From Auanema rhodensis (taxonomy: Eukaryota > Animalia > Nematoda): a stretch of DNA of 64,000 bases. The stretch is taken from assembly GCA_964057225.1 (NCBI GenBank), contig OZ059894.1:10230001-10294000 (forward strand). Direction: 5' to 3'. The notes beneath the pieces are model-generated. The model did no database searches. It was given only the letters and a program-made list of their open reading frames with translations, and had not been told where the DNA came from. Positions 50,965-64,000 of the stretch are shown here, in pieces. The first letter of the stretch is position 1; each line of letters starts with the position of its first letter. The translations under genes were made by a program, and so were the position numbers.

Positions 50965-53900
50965 CTATTTTGCACTTAATTGGGCAAATACTGGTAAACG
51001 ACTTGGGGCTTCTTCAGCACCCCACTTATCATCAACTTTAAAAGCCATCAAGTCCGTCAGAAGAACAGAGATAGGTTCACTGAAATTATAATGATATGAA
51101 AAGGTAAAAAACTGTTGGGAGTTCTTAGTGGTATATCACCCTCGGAGAGATGAGAATACCGTGGTACCAGCCATTAATATCCGCTCACATATGAACGCCT
51201 TCAGCCAAAGCGCTGGAGAGCGCCAACACCTAGTGGGATTGAACCACTAAGATGTGAGCGATGGACTAACGTACTGCCACTACACCATAACAGACATGTT
51301 GGGTAATGAAAATGTTTACCACATATTTTAAAAGAGCATTGTTTTTTTTATTTACTAAACAATAAACATACGTCTGTTGATCATAAGTTGCTTGGAATCG
51401 CTGGGCTTGTCTACGAGATCCTCCTTGTGGTCCCATAAAACCATTAGCAAAGGGTGCAAGACCTAATAATAAACATTTATAAAACATGATATGAGCAGAT
51501 TTTCATGCATACCACATTCATCGTTATCGAGACCCGAAGAAAAGCTTCCATTAGGCGATTCAGAACCGCTATCATTGGAGCTTCCAGAGGAAGACTCACC
51601 AGCACTTCCATAGTTTGGAAGAGAAGCCATGCGGTGAAGGAATGAACTTTGCACTGAATATAGCTCATTTATGAAATATATAATATTCATGTCTTACAGT
51701 TCTGTACACTAGGTGTCATAGAGGAACCTCCAGGTCCACTAGTGCTTTTAGAGCTACCATTAGTAAACATATTCAAGCTTGATTGAGTAGATGTCGGTTG
51801 ATTCATGAGTTCCATTTCACTGAAAAAATAAAATATTTTGAAATAATGAAATTTATAATCCTACTTGTGAATAAAATGGCATCGTGGTCCATATGGACAA
51901 TAACCTGTCTGATGAAAAGATTGGCAAGCTTCTGTTTTATACTTTGGGTGACGTGGAATCTGTCTCTTCTCACATTCCCCATGAGCATACTGACAACTGA
52001 AAAGGAAACATTAAAAAATTTCGTCATACAAGCATCTTTGAAAATAAAAATTAATGCACAGCGGAACTAACCGTTCCCCATAATTACATCGACCATGTTC
52101 CATCCAACTACGGCATAATTCTGTCTTATACAGTTTTGGATTTTTCGGTGCAGGAGTATTACCACTGCTTGCATTACTGCTAACGGACATATTGTTATTT
52201 CCTGAAAAAAAGTATTTTACAAATAATTTTCATATAGAGGGAAATGTTGGAATGACAGTGCGGTCTAAATAATATGTCTTTTCATGTGGCATAATTACTA
52301 GTCAAACTAAATTTGATCGCACACAACTGAACAACTAGTGCATAACGCGGGACGGTGCCGTCTTTCAACTTACGGGTAGCAAAAATCTGTATAATGACAC
52401 AGGCGACAAGAAAAGTGAATTTTCAAGTGAAGAATTTTAGCACATTGAAATGAAAAAATCATTGAGAAATGTCATATGCGTTTGAAACCAAAAGATTCAT
52501 TAATTGGATGAAACCCAATTTCGCAAAATTGCAGAAGTCTGTCGACCAAGCTGACTAAAAATGCAATAGAGGAGCATCTCATTTCCACAAAGCTTAATCG
52601 AATAAACAACGCAACCATCATGACGCTTGCCATATATATATTGAGAAGCATAAATTCTCTAAAGACATGCTAATGTCTCAGCGTTGCGCTAGATTGCTAA
52701 CCAACTAAAGTTTAAGAAAAGTGCATAAGCGAATAAAACAATGAAATGTTTCTTTTGTTCAAAATAGATCAACAAAAGTACATAGAAAGTGGTCGTGGAC
52801 AAAATTTCGACATGAGAAAAAAAATGAAGACCTGAATTACTTGAAATGCAAGGAAACGTGCATTTATTGAAAAATATAGATTAGTTGAATATGAATATCA
52901 AGAGTCATTGATAACTAACCATTTATCGGCATCCCTGGAGCACCAAGAGGATTTCCGTTTTCGGAAGCTGGGGAAACAACACCGCCATACGGACGTCGGC
53001 TGTTTGGAGCCCTTAAAAGGAAAACGATAAAAAAGTTAGCATTACAAGACACGCATTTGTGATAGTCTACAATCACAATAGGCAAGAATCAAATAACAAA
53101 TAGAATACATAAAGGCAAACCTATTAGTCATTTGCTTGAATGGATATCCCGTGACTTGATTCAGTGAATTATTTGAAGGTGAAGACACTGCTGAGAATGG
53201 ATCCAGAAGAGAAGACAAGGCTTCCGTTGGCGTTGACTGATTAGAGTATACAGACTGAAAACAATTATTTTTATTTGTACAGTTTTTCAACCAACAAGAA
53301 AGAAGCCAATTATAAAAGAAACGAAGGAATATGACACCACTAATATATAAACAGGGCAGGCAAAAAGAAAAACAATTTGGAGATCAACGAGGCTTCTCTA
53401 CGACGAATAATCCTCTAAAGAAGTATACGTTGGTTATGACCAAAATATCTGCCATCATATCAAATAACAAGTAGATTAATGAAATCATGGAAATAACCAA
53501 TAGTCTACTTAATAGAATAGAATGAAATGATTATTTTAAAAAAAACAAGCAACTCTCAATCTGATGTCAAAAACTATGACATTATCTAAACAAGAGAAAA
53601 ATAAAAGGACTAATAGTGATTTCTAGCTTAGTTCAAGTCTTTTTATAAAAACGCAGTATTAGTCATAACGAATTCATAAACATAAGAGATGCATGAAGCA
53701 TTTAAAATATAAGGAATGTTGAATTTAATTGGCTAAATATGTTGCATACATATAACCCACAGCTCATTGGAGCTGAAATTGGAATATCAAGAAAAAATAA
53801 GTATTGAAGCTAAGGGCCATTCAGAAACACCTGGTAGTTCAAAGTGTAACAGGGTGATGGAATTCAACTTGTAGTCGGGAGGAGAAGAAAGACCAAAGCT

Positions 53901-56900
53901 CTATTTCCCGCATAGCCAAGTAAAAGAAAAAAAGATGAGAGTTGGATAAAAATTCAATCAATAAGCAAAAAAACATCTGAAGCAAGTAGAAAGCGAAAAA
54001 TATTGATAAGAGGATAAAATAAAAAACAGCTCTTCCCTCGATCTATTCATTAAGAAAGTTGAAGGACAAAAATGATAAAAGAAAGTGACGCAAAAACAAA
54101 AAGAAATATTATTGAAGAACACGCTATAATGCAATATAAGAGATAAAAAGACTGAGTGATTGTTGATCGTAATCCAATTTTCCCAACAATGGGTGAGAAG
54201 GAAAACATGTGCCTTCAACTGCATTACGAGGTTCTTTAAACAGACACAAAATGTTTTATGATCCAGCAAATATCAACTCTTGGCACAATATCTTTTTGTA
54301 TAAAGACAGTTTGTTTCTAACTATCCTATTCAATATGCGTAAACGGTTCGCATAAAGCGAGGGACGACAAAACAGAAAGACAAGGTTGACAGATCATGAA
54401 CACGTGCTGAGCAGATTAATGGTAGATGACTTCCTGTCAATGAACAATTCTTCAGTCTATTTCATCTTTCCTTTCCTGTCACCAACCAACCGCTATTACA
54501 CAAATTCGAATAGGTTGGAGAATTTCAGACATGCCATAATGAAAGTGGAAAGAGAAACAATTTAAAAATTCACAACACAAGGATCAAAAAACAGAAAGGA
54601 TAAAGTAAGGAAAGTATTTGAAGGGCCGTGTTCTTTTTGCATACATAAACAAGAGGAACCAAGAGACTGATGCAAAATATCGATACCTCATAGTTTCACA
54701 AAAAAAAAACGAAAAACAACAAAAGTAAGGGTCTAAAAAATAAATTGCTCGTATGATTTCTCGAAAAAAAAAAACTTCCGAGTGAGTGAAAGCAAACAAC
54801 CCGTTGAAAATCAAAATTTTGTCACAGGATAAATCAACGGTGAAAAAAACTTGCAAATCCATCAAAATTCAGCCTTTTCTGCTGCGTGACCATAGACGGC
54901 AAATGAAGATCGGCAACAGCACTCAAACCGCACTTCCAATGGCGAAAAACCGGTTCTCAAACAATCACCCGCTTCTCTCCCGCGACTGGAGAAAAAGCAC
55001 ACGCGCCATGCGGTTGTTACACTTTGAGGATCAGTTCTGCTGATTTATATAAGCCGCTAGGGTAGCAACCGAAATGACTTTATTGATGATAGACGGAAGA
55101 AGCAGAGAAGAAGCAAGAATAAGAGGAGCTATCATCACGGTGTATAGGAAGAGGTGTATCAGCTGGTTAAAGGGACAGCTGGCACTCGTGATCTTCTTCC
55201 CAGGAAAGAGCCGAAGTTAAAATGAAAAAGCTCTAGCTTAGAATTCAGAAGGGAAACTTGGGAAGTAAAAAGCAAACACGATATAACAATCAACTGCATG
55301 ACAGCCGACAAAGCAGATAGGCTCTAAGGGTTCCCACCCCCTGTACTTTTACGGACGGACAGATATTTACTCTGCGTCTCTTACTGGTGAAACAGCTGAT
55401 TCCATAGAGAACATTTCATGAAAAAAAAAGTTGTGGCGTAATTCCACAATATTGAAAAACTAACCAAATCTGTTTTGAAACAGCTGAGAAAATAAAAAAA
55501 CAGGCAAGTACAAGATAAGGTTAAGAAAATACTAACAGTAACTAAATAAAATATAGGATATAGCTGTAAAATTAGATACTAATCGTGCTAATAATAACAT
55601 AATCATCTTCCAGGAAAGCAGATACGACTGGATGAGAAAGTTTCAAGGACATCTTTCAAACAAGATGAGGATCGAAAGTACAGCAGCCCTCGAATAGCAA
55701 TCAATGGAAGAACATTCTAAACCCGAACAGGAGATGCAGAAATGCGAAATGAGGAGAGACCAGAATACCGAAAGAGAAACAGAGAAGGTGTTTCCTTCAT
55801 TTTCACTCCAGGCATCGCAGACCGGACGACCGGAGGACCGGCCATTTCGATGACCGGATAGCCCTGTAACTCCTTTCGTCTTCCAACACCAGAACGGAGC
55901 TATCTAGCCCCTTCCGCAGCTAAGAGAGCAAGACAGACTATGCGACAGGGATCGTAGGACCAAGTTGTGAAAAAGAATAAATTGAAAAAGAAACAAGACA
56001 GCATTCAACAAAAAAAAGATTTGATAGAATGGGAAAAAAGACATTGCAATTATCAACAATCACTCACATGAACAAAAGTAAATGTTTTTAAAATCTAGTC
56101 ACGACCCTACTTTTCCAAACTAAAGGAGATTATAGCGATCAGCTGGTGGTAGTTCGATAATGGCCAAATTGCCATTATCAAAACACAACTGATGTAACAA
56201 CAAAAATGAAAAAAACAGAGGGAATATCACCATCTAGATAGAATAAATCAAAAATGAATGGCAAGGTGGATCGTCCTGAAGGGCATAAGTGATTAAAGAA
56301 GAAGAAATCGAAGAACAAGCCGTCGCTGTGGAGAGGCATATTTGAGAGCCAATCGGCGCTCCCCCGCACTCTCGACAAGAAACAAATATGAATCGGTCAA
56401 TATAATATGGAGAATTCCAAATAGGGGTGCAACCTGTGCCTGCTTCTAATTTTCAACAGTATGTATAACAAGGCGGTTAATTGTCTTAGCAGAAGATGAG
56501 TAAAGCATCTTTAGGACACATTCGATCGTTAGTGAAGCAACTTGACAATCTTAACGAGCTTCAAAATTCTAGAGAAAAAAATTGGAAGTTGAATGATTAC
56601 TATGAATTGTTGAAAGTATAGCGGGGAAACCGGCTATCAGCTGAAGAAGACAGCCTGTTCAGAATGATACCATCTACATCGCGCTTTTATTACAATACAT
56701 TTTCATACGAACAAGAGCGTAGGAGATGCGGTATAAGGAAAGTGCAAAAGATCTACGATGATTCTTCTGAGAATAAAGAATATAATATGAAATTCATGAA
56801 AATTTATAAAAGCCATCATGTATGAGTGGAAGGAGAAAATTGAGACAGAATATGACAAAATATCATCTGCTTGTCTAAAGCTCAAAATTCCCTAGAAAAA

Positions 56901-59380
56901 TGGTTGAGTTTCAAGTTTTTACTGAAAGCAACGGAACTGATTGCGTCATAGCACAGTTCACGTCTTCAGTGACATGTTGATAATTCAACGAGGACCGTAC
57001 TGTGCAACGGCAAAGGCAAACACAGACGGATGGCGGAAAACATCAACGCGCCAAAATCAACAAACACAGAAACGTTTTCATGCAAATAAAATTTCCAGGT
57101 TCCTGTGCCGAGAGGCATAATGTATACTCCTCCTTCATGTCAATATAAACGGACGGAAAGAAAACGAAATACGCAAGAGAGCAAGCGAGATGCTTTTCAT
57201 AAAAATCAAAAACTGAAACGGCGAGAGAAATATGACAGAATAAGGAAGGGATGGATGAGCAGTATCAAAACTTTTTCAAGCAACGTCAAAAAATTCACTA
57301 CATATTATATATTTAGAAAGCCACGGAATACAGCTGATGAAGAGCTCTAGTAGAGATTACACCGTCGATGCGATACATTACAATGACGATTTAGCGCACA
57401 TGTCATTTTCTGTTCATGCAATTGATCAGGATATAAGAGTATCTCAAGTACAAAGATAATAATGGTATATGGCCAAATAGGAAGAAATATTACTACAAGA
57501 GCCTTCATAAATAAGTTGAGCAATGGTATTCATATTCCAGCGCGTGTATAGATATTCTCATTAAAGTAGTTCCATGCATTTAACCAATTAAGTTCTTTTT
57601 AATGCAGTAAACTAAATGTAGTAAAACGGACAAAGCCATCAGTTGCCTATAGAACATAGAACTACTTTCGTATTCATTGTCGTCAAAACACAGAATAGCC
57701 TTCGCACCCTCAAATCATATGCAGACTTAGATGTAAAAAGCATGATCCTTCATTAGCCAGAAGAATGTTGTCGTTTTAACAAACATTACTGAAGGTGCTA
57801 TAAAGACCTGAAACAGAAGTAAACCTAATAGTTTTATTGGAAGTGAGAAAGTTGTATAGAACAAAAGAGATAAAGCCGTTTAAGGAGTACATATACATTA
57901 CAATGCATGACTTTATTTCCTGTCACTACTACATTTGCATGCGCAATGGACTCCATAATGGCTGCCCTCATGATCTCAATGTCGTATGCGTCCAGCATCA
58001 AAATCCCTATTGTTCCTTGTGATTTTGAAGCCAGATGTAACCATCAGAGCACAAGATTTGCGTCGTTACTGCCTTCAAATGATCTCACACAAGGAGAACA
58101 CATTTGATCGAAAGCGTTGTTTTCATTTCAATGTTAGTGTCTACCAGATTTTTTTCCGATTTCCATCTACAATATGTGGTAGGTTATGGAATCTCTTGCA
58201 TGACATTGATGTGTTTTTGTTATTTGCTCATCTGGTCTCTGTTTCTTTGCAACACTCCTCAATAGAGTCTATATGGGCTCTCTTGGGTTAATGTTGAAGA
58301 AAATGCAACAGAGTCTACAAAAACAGAACAGTCAAAATCACCCAGTCTCCACGTCAGTAACGAGCAAATCATGGAATAATATGACGCTGTATATCGGAAA
58401 AACTGAACTACTAAGAAAAACATTGCGATAAACACGAGCAGATGTTTTCAATTCAATACTATGAACGTGAAAATCAGAAATGATTCAAAATATACATCAG
58501 CATCAATCGTTTCGTTTCTTCAATTAACACTTAGAAGATAGAACGATAAAAAACATTCTCTCTTCAAAAATTCAAAAATTGAAAAATGAATACAGAGCTA
58601 GTCTAAGAATATATACAGAAACGAATTGGAACGTATCATTATCAATGTTATACAATATAACAAAAAATAGAATACAAGCCCGAATAAGATACTTTAAGGT
58701 ATCGAGAAGGTGACAAAGCAAAAACAAATGGGGCTCACGGCTGTTTAACCCACGTGGACATATCGGATCTATATAAAGCGCAAGAAAGAACAATATGGCA
58801 ACACATTAGGCTTATATTTCAAGAACGACTAAGTGCAAATGTGCGTAATAAATAAGCCTTGCCATTAAGCAAATTGTAACATAGTACTGAAAAGAATAGA
58901 GAATAAGAATTAAGAAAGAGCAGAGCTATATCATCACAGAAACTACATAAGTCTTGCGATTTGTAACTAACAAACACTAATTTGCACCCGTGGGAATAAC
59001 TATTCTTTAGCTAATCCCTAACATCAAACCAATGATGTCATGATCACAAATTATTGAAGAGGAAAACGATGCAAAAGTTTTAGCTATTCACAAGAAATGG
59101 AAAGTAGAGTATGGAATATTAGTGGTGTCCGTTGATTGAAGGCAAAAAAGACATACCTGATTATTAAACAACCAGGAAGGTCTATTGACGGGCTCCATTC
59201 CAGATAGCAACGATGCCAAGGGAGGAGAGCTCGATGGAGATATAGACGAAGTAGAATTGCTGAAATTTACAAAATATAAGATATTTGTCAATACCTGGAA
59301 TTTAATTCTCACCTATTAGAGGAACGATCTGTACTTGAGTCAAACATAAAAGAAGACGATAAAGCACTTATAGTGTCCAT
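50965..59380 (-). CDS. ccch-1: TIS11/ZFP36-family tandem CCCH zinc-finger mRNA-decay factor (~375 aa)
   Basis: Exons 59313-59380, 59157-59259, 53121-53254, 52920-53011, 52072-52201, 51865-51996, 51698-51819, 51513-51653, 51372-51462, 50965-51079 in frame. Fingers [26 protein letters not shown] and [26 protein letters not shown]; C-terminal CNOT1-binding-like RLPVFAQLS. The 5' exons are less certain. Confidence 0.92.
51106..51111 (-). terminator. Oligo-T (T6) Pol III terminator right after the ACA box
   Basis: Minus strand ACAGTTTTTT. Confidence 0.65.
51110..51222 (-). ncRNA. Box H/ACA snoRNA; 3' hairpin guides the 18S position equivalent to human U1347 / yeast U1290
   Basis: In ccch-1 intron 51080-51371. 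5' hairpin CGCUC/GAGCG plus GCGCUUU/AAGGCGU, with canonical H box AUAUUA (51175-51180) 14 nt from the pocket. 3' hairpin GGUAU/AUACC, ACA at 51113-51115, 14 nt from the pocket; guides match GUUCUUAGU-U-G-GUGG. Confidence 0.88.
51223..51302 (-). promoter_or_regulatory. tRNA-like leader with Pol III A and B boxes abutting the snoRNA 5' end
   Basis: Acceptor-like CCAACAT/GTGTTGG; A box TGGTGTAGTGG (51277-51287); perfect T arm AGTGG-TTCAATC-CCACT with B box GGTTCAATCCC (51235-51245). No anticodon arm. Confidence 0.8.
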
Positions 59381-62300
59381 CGTTAGTCTGGAAGAATATT
59401 TTCTAAATTGTATTTAGCTTTTTCAAACCTCTGTTAGTAATCACCAGTCAAAGAACTTTTTCTTCAATAAGCGTTTCAAGGATTGAATTGACGTACTCTT
59501 TTCGATAGAAATTTGTGAGCACGTAAGCTCTATAATATCAGAAACAATGTGAGTTGAATAGTCTGAAATAACTAAATTATTATCAGGTATACTTGCTCAA
59601 CAATACGACATAGCAGCTGAGGACGAAATATCGAGAAAATCTTAAAACCCTCAACGAGAACTCTAGCACAAACAAACGATTGTGTCTACTGACTTTCAGC
59701 TAAGACAAACAATAACTTATTCCTTATGACACGAAAAAAATGAATAAGAACTGATTTTGTAAAGAGTTGGTACAAAGGACAGCGCAACTTTAACTAGAAG
59801 AAGTGAAATAAAGGTGAGAATGGTGCAGATGGCAAGAAAGCATTCAGAGACACATAAGTTGGTAGATTAATATGAAATGAAAGAATCACGCGAGAGCGTT
59901 ATGAAAAGAAGTAACATGACTAGCGATTAATAAATTATGAAAAAATGACCAACAATTTTACAAAAAAAAGTTATGCATTGTGTATTCTTTTCCTAGAACG
60001 AAGAACTGCCGACGAGCAGCTGTGCGGGGTAAATACTCACATGAGATAGCGGAGGAGCGTGGAGTGAATTGTTGGCAAATAGCTTTTTCGTCGTCGTCTC
60101 CAGTCTCCAGACATTTTACTAGATAGATCTTTCACGTAATGAAGAAAACTAACACTACAAGAAGTTTCGTCAACCACAAGAAAAGTTTATATACATATAT
60201 AATTTTTTTGGCAAAAAATGATCTTGAAATCAGTTAATAGGCTCTCACTTGATAATACACTTTTTGTAAATGTTTTCTATGACAGGACCAGCTTTCCCGA
60301 AGAAAGTGAGACGGTGATGTCGTAACTCGTCAGCCACTGCGAGTTTTTGCGCGCTTTCTCCGGCCTTAGCCTTTTAGCCGGAACGAGTTCTAATGTCAAA
60401 AGCGAATATACGTGAAGAAAATGAGCGTAAATACTAAAAAGTGAAATAATGCAGATTTTTTAAAAAATCCAATAGAAAATGATGGTATATGCAACGCACC
60501 TAGCAGAAGATAAAGTTTTAGGGAGATACTTAGCAATGAATGTGTTAAATTTTCTTGGAATACGTTCTTTACCAGAATATATTTTTAAACAAAATGAGCC
60601 TTGTACTTCAGACATCATGAAAATTGAGAAAGCCCAGTCAGCTGTTGCAAAAACTCCGACATGCGTCAATTTCTATGTTCAAAATGGATGAACTACGAAT
60701 AAAGTAGGAACGAAACATTGTATGATATTTCGGTTTTTATGAATTCTTAAGAACTGTTCAATGGTAAATAGGTAAATCAAAAACTAGCTAGAGGTTTCAG
60801 AAACCAAACCAAAAGTTCTGAATGAAAGGATAAATAAAAGCATGGGCTATATTATACATATTGAAGACAAGTCTGAAGAGATTCATTGAAAAAGAGATAT
60901 TACATGCTAATCGAAAGCAGAAGCAGGTTGAGAAGAAGAAGAAAAAGATAAAGAGAAAATGGCAAAAAATTTTTTTCAAATTAATAACCTTTGATTGTGA
61001 CGAGAAAACATTAGCAGACTAAAGACTTGTGGTTAAGAAGTCTTTAAAATACCCGGAGGCGACGATGCGTAGAGAAATGTAAGCCTAATAGCTTGGCATA
61101 GGAAAGTCGTGCGAAATCACTGGAGTGCAAAATCAGATCTATAGGATATGTAATACAGAATTAATAAATGCATAGTAAGTGCTAATATTTTAGATGGCAA
61201 AGCCATTGCAACATAAGGCGGATGCAATAGTTTAAAACTGAATGACTTAAAATTAAAGTCCAATGAAAAATGACGGCATCGAAGTGCTTGAGTGAGCAGA
61301 TAGATCGTGCTGAGGACATGCACCAAATTTATCAGAGCCAACAGCTGACTAGAGGAAGATGTGTGAAAAAGAAAGCGCGGGGGAGGCACAGAGAAATACA
61401 AAGGAGGCGGGGTCCACATAAGAGAAAGCTATACTGCTGAAGACAGTAAGAGGCGGGCTTGGAATGATGCAGCGTTTTCTCTCACGTTTACACGTACCTG
61501 TTCAATGGTATTGAAAACTATTGAACATTAGAAACATTCTACGAGCTAATACTTCTAAAAAATATAAGAAACTGAAAACGGGAGTGAGGTGTACGACCAA
61601 TAATTGTGTAGATACGTACGTCCCCGTGCATTAGCTAGGCAACATTCGACGTTACAAGGAATCAGGTTCTTAAAAATTATATGATAAGAATCCAAACACC
61701 ATTATATATACTTAGATGTAATATTAACGAAATAGAAAGAGATACGAAGAAAAGAGAGAAACCAGGTTTCACGTGTTGCAGTCAAGGGTAGGAAGTGAGA
61801 CCGGTTCTTACATAATGTACACAGTGTTGCACCACCGCACAGAAAAGCGATCTATTGGATCGATAAGAGATCTTGGCATAATCGGAAAACGTCTTGTTGC
61901 GTTACGTAATGGAGAAGCATTAGGAAACATGCATGCTAGAATATTTCCTAAATCGATTTCTAATCTGAAAGTTCATGAGGGATGCAGAAACCGAAAGACT
62001 TTGAAGAGAGACAAACGAAATCAAAGGTGAATTGAAAAAAAAACGAAAGTAATTCATAGCGACGCGTTTATCCAGAACATGGAAGATGAGTTATGTTAGA
62101 GGGGCTATAACAAGTAACAATAAACAGGATGGCGCAAGATGAGAAGCGCGACGAACACGTAGAAACAACCTAGACAGCGGAAAACTACGCCAACTCCGCT
62201 CTATTGGAGAACACACTTTATTCAACGAGGGTAGTGAAAGTGAAAAATCATGGAAACAAGTCCCTCGCGGGAGAAAAGCAGAACAGATAATACACTGAAG

Positions 62301-64000
62301 AAAATTACATGAAAGTGGCATCAGAACATTAGCGACATACTGTTGTTTCATGAATGAAATCAGATACGACAGCAGTGAAACTTTAATAAAACACTGCCAC
62401 TAGAACAGACAAACCAACGTGAAGTGAGTGATTAGCAATCTGAGGCTGTAGGATGATAACATAGAAAACTGCTCCTTCCCACGGAGGCGTCCAAGACCGG
62501 ACCTCTGAGGAACCAACCGGAACAGAACCGGACTTCACGGACACACGGATACCGGCATAAGTAAACATCCACACATGACGCAACGTTGATTGTCATAGGA
62601 AAAAAATGATGAGGTATTTTTCTTCGTTTTGAAGTTGTCTTTCATCGTTGGCTCTTCCAATATCTATACGAAGAAATAGGATTCTGATTTTGTCCGGGTT
62701 TGAAGCACAAAGAAATTGTAAAAACCATATCATATGGCATTTCTGCGGACATGCTGGAAAGACACATAGATGAGTTGATGAAAGCTAAGCACCGTCTAAT
62801 ATGTCACATATTATCCATATGCTACGATCTCTTTCTTTATACTGGCAGAGAGACGTAAACAATTGTCGCATAGATCCTAAAATTTGAGAGAAAGGAGGAA
62901 AGGCAATACATTCCATTTCTAACAGTTTATTTTGGAAACAGTTCTTACTGTCGAAAAGAAATGATATAAAGCATAGCTTGAGAATTTAGAATATTGCCGC
63001 TGATGCAATGAAAAGAAGAGAAAGTGCTTTGAGAAAGAATTATAGAAACAGGAAGACTTAGCCCATACATCTGTCTGCGCGAAAATTTTTCAAAAGAAAG
63101 CGAGGGAAGGTGTCAGACGACGGAAAGAGGAGAAGAACAAACCGAAAAATGGCAAACTTACAGAAACACGGCCGAGTCGTATAGATGTAGACGAAAAATG
63201 GAAATGTACTTAAATAACGCTGAGAAAGCTAATTAGCATTTCAGATATTCAAATCAATATAGATCAAAAAACGCTTCGCAACCGCACGCGAGATTTTTAA
63301 CAGAGCATGATTTTTCAATTAGTCCAAATTTATATTAGAATTTTAAGTGCTTTTACGGTATATGGAAATGATTAGTCATTTCTATATAGTAGCATCAAAT
63401 GTTACTTGTTGTGTGAAATCTAGTTACGTCTTGTCAGACCATGTTGTGTAGAAGCTGGGTGTCAGCAGACAGAGTAACATAGCTATGACCAGAAATGGCA
63501 TTTAAGTCAGACATAGTCTAGAGAAGCCAAAGAAAAAGACAAAATGAAAGTTATGTATATATTAAGATGTAATGAAATTGAGAAGCTTATAAGTAAAAAA
63601 AAAAGTGAATGATCATCCTGGTCTAAGTGGCAATTTGGTGCTTCTGTACCTAATCGCCCCCGAAGCCGGTCCCGGCAACTTGGCTACTCCTCGGCCGGTT
63701 TCAAGAGAACACATTTGAAAAAGCTGTTCGGAAGTGCGTAAAAACAAACAACCGAAAGAGGTAATGTTCTGAGTGAAAAATTGGAATTAAATAAAAGAAA
63801 CTTGGAAGATGCCATCACATACAAACAAAACAAGTGGAAATGTTTCCAATCAAGTTAGCAGAAGGCACAAAACACATGAGTCGGTTGGCCCCCTACCGTT
63901 TATTGCTGGTCCTTTGTATGGCAAATGCTAACTATATAAGGAAAATACAAATTTCCAGATGTGGGTGGTCCGGGACGACTGGTCCTATAGGTGAATGGTC

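Noticed and set aside
51080-51371. Intronic telomerase RNA
   Set aside because: No template complementary to TTAGGC, and the 3' hairpin has a clear rRNA target.
52240-52410. Third H/ACA RNA in a ccch-1 intron (ends ACAUUU, GUGCG/CGCAC stem)
   Set aside because: No proper lower stem, H box, 14-16 nt spacing, A/B box or recognisable target.
2590-57815. piRNA (Ruby CTGTTTCA) cluster
   Set aside because: Only a handful of scattered hits, as expected by chance.
57780-58460. Nested gene or pseudogene in the ccch-1 long intron
   Set aside because: Short overlapping ORFs in several frames, with no recognisable protein or consistent exon structure.
1-64000. CRISPR arrays, telomeric arrays, rRNA genes, intact transposase/RT genes
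   Set aside because: None seen; eukaryotic intron-rich DNA with no TTAGGC arrays or TE coding domains.

Overview
AT-rich eukaryotic genomic DNA from a nematode, probably a rhabditid (TTTCAG-type acceptors, ~45-55 nt introns, close protein similarity to C. elegans GAR-3). Bases 1-34.5 kb are a gene-poor, (GA/TC)n-saturated domain holding the muscarinic receptor gar-3 (- strand) and its long upstream region. Bases 34.5-64 kb are gene-dense and nearly free of (GA)n. They encode a secreted Kunitz protein, TMEM258 (essentially missed by the ORF track), SERINC, p62/SQST-1, a 636-aa orphan with a C4 zinc motif, ACTMAP, and a TIS11/ZFP36-family ccch-1-like gene. The main discovery is two over-long introns (SERINC, ccch-1) that each contain the same three-part cassette: a degenerate tRNA-like leader with Pol III A/B boxes, an H/ACA snoRNA, and an oligo-T terminator. 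The guides match 18S rRNA sites equivalent to human U1248, U1625 and U1347. In both cassettes the leader also carries segments antisense to its own snoRNA, suggesting a self-masking or switchable precursor. Exon models were derived by hand; rRNA/miRNA sequences, numbering and ortholog names are from memory and need database confirmation.
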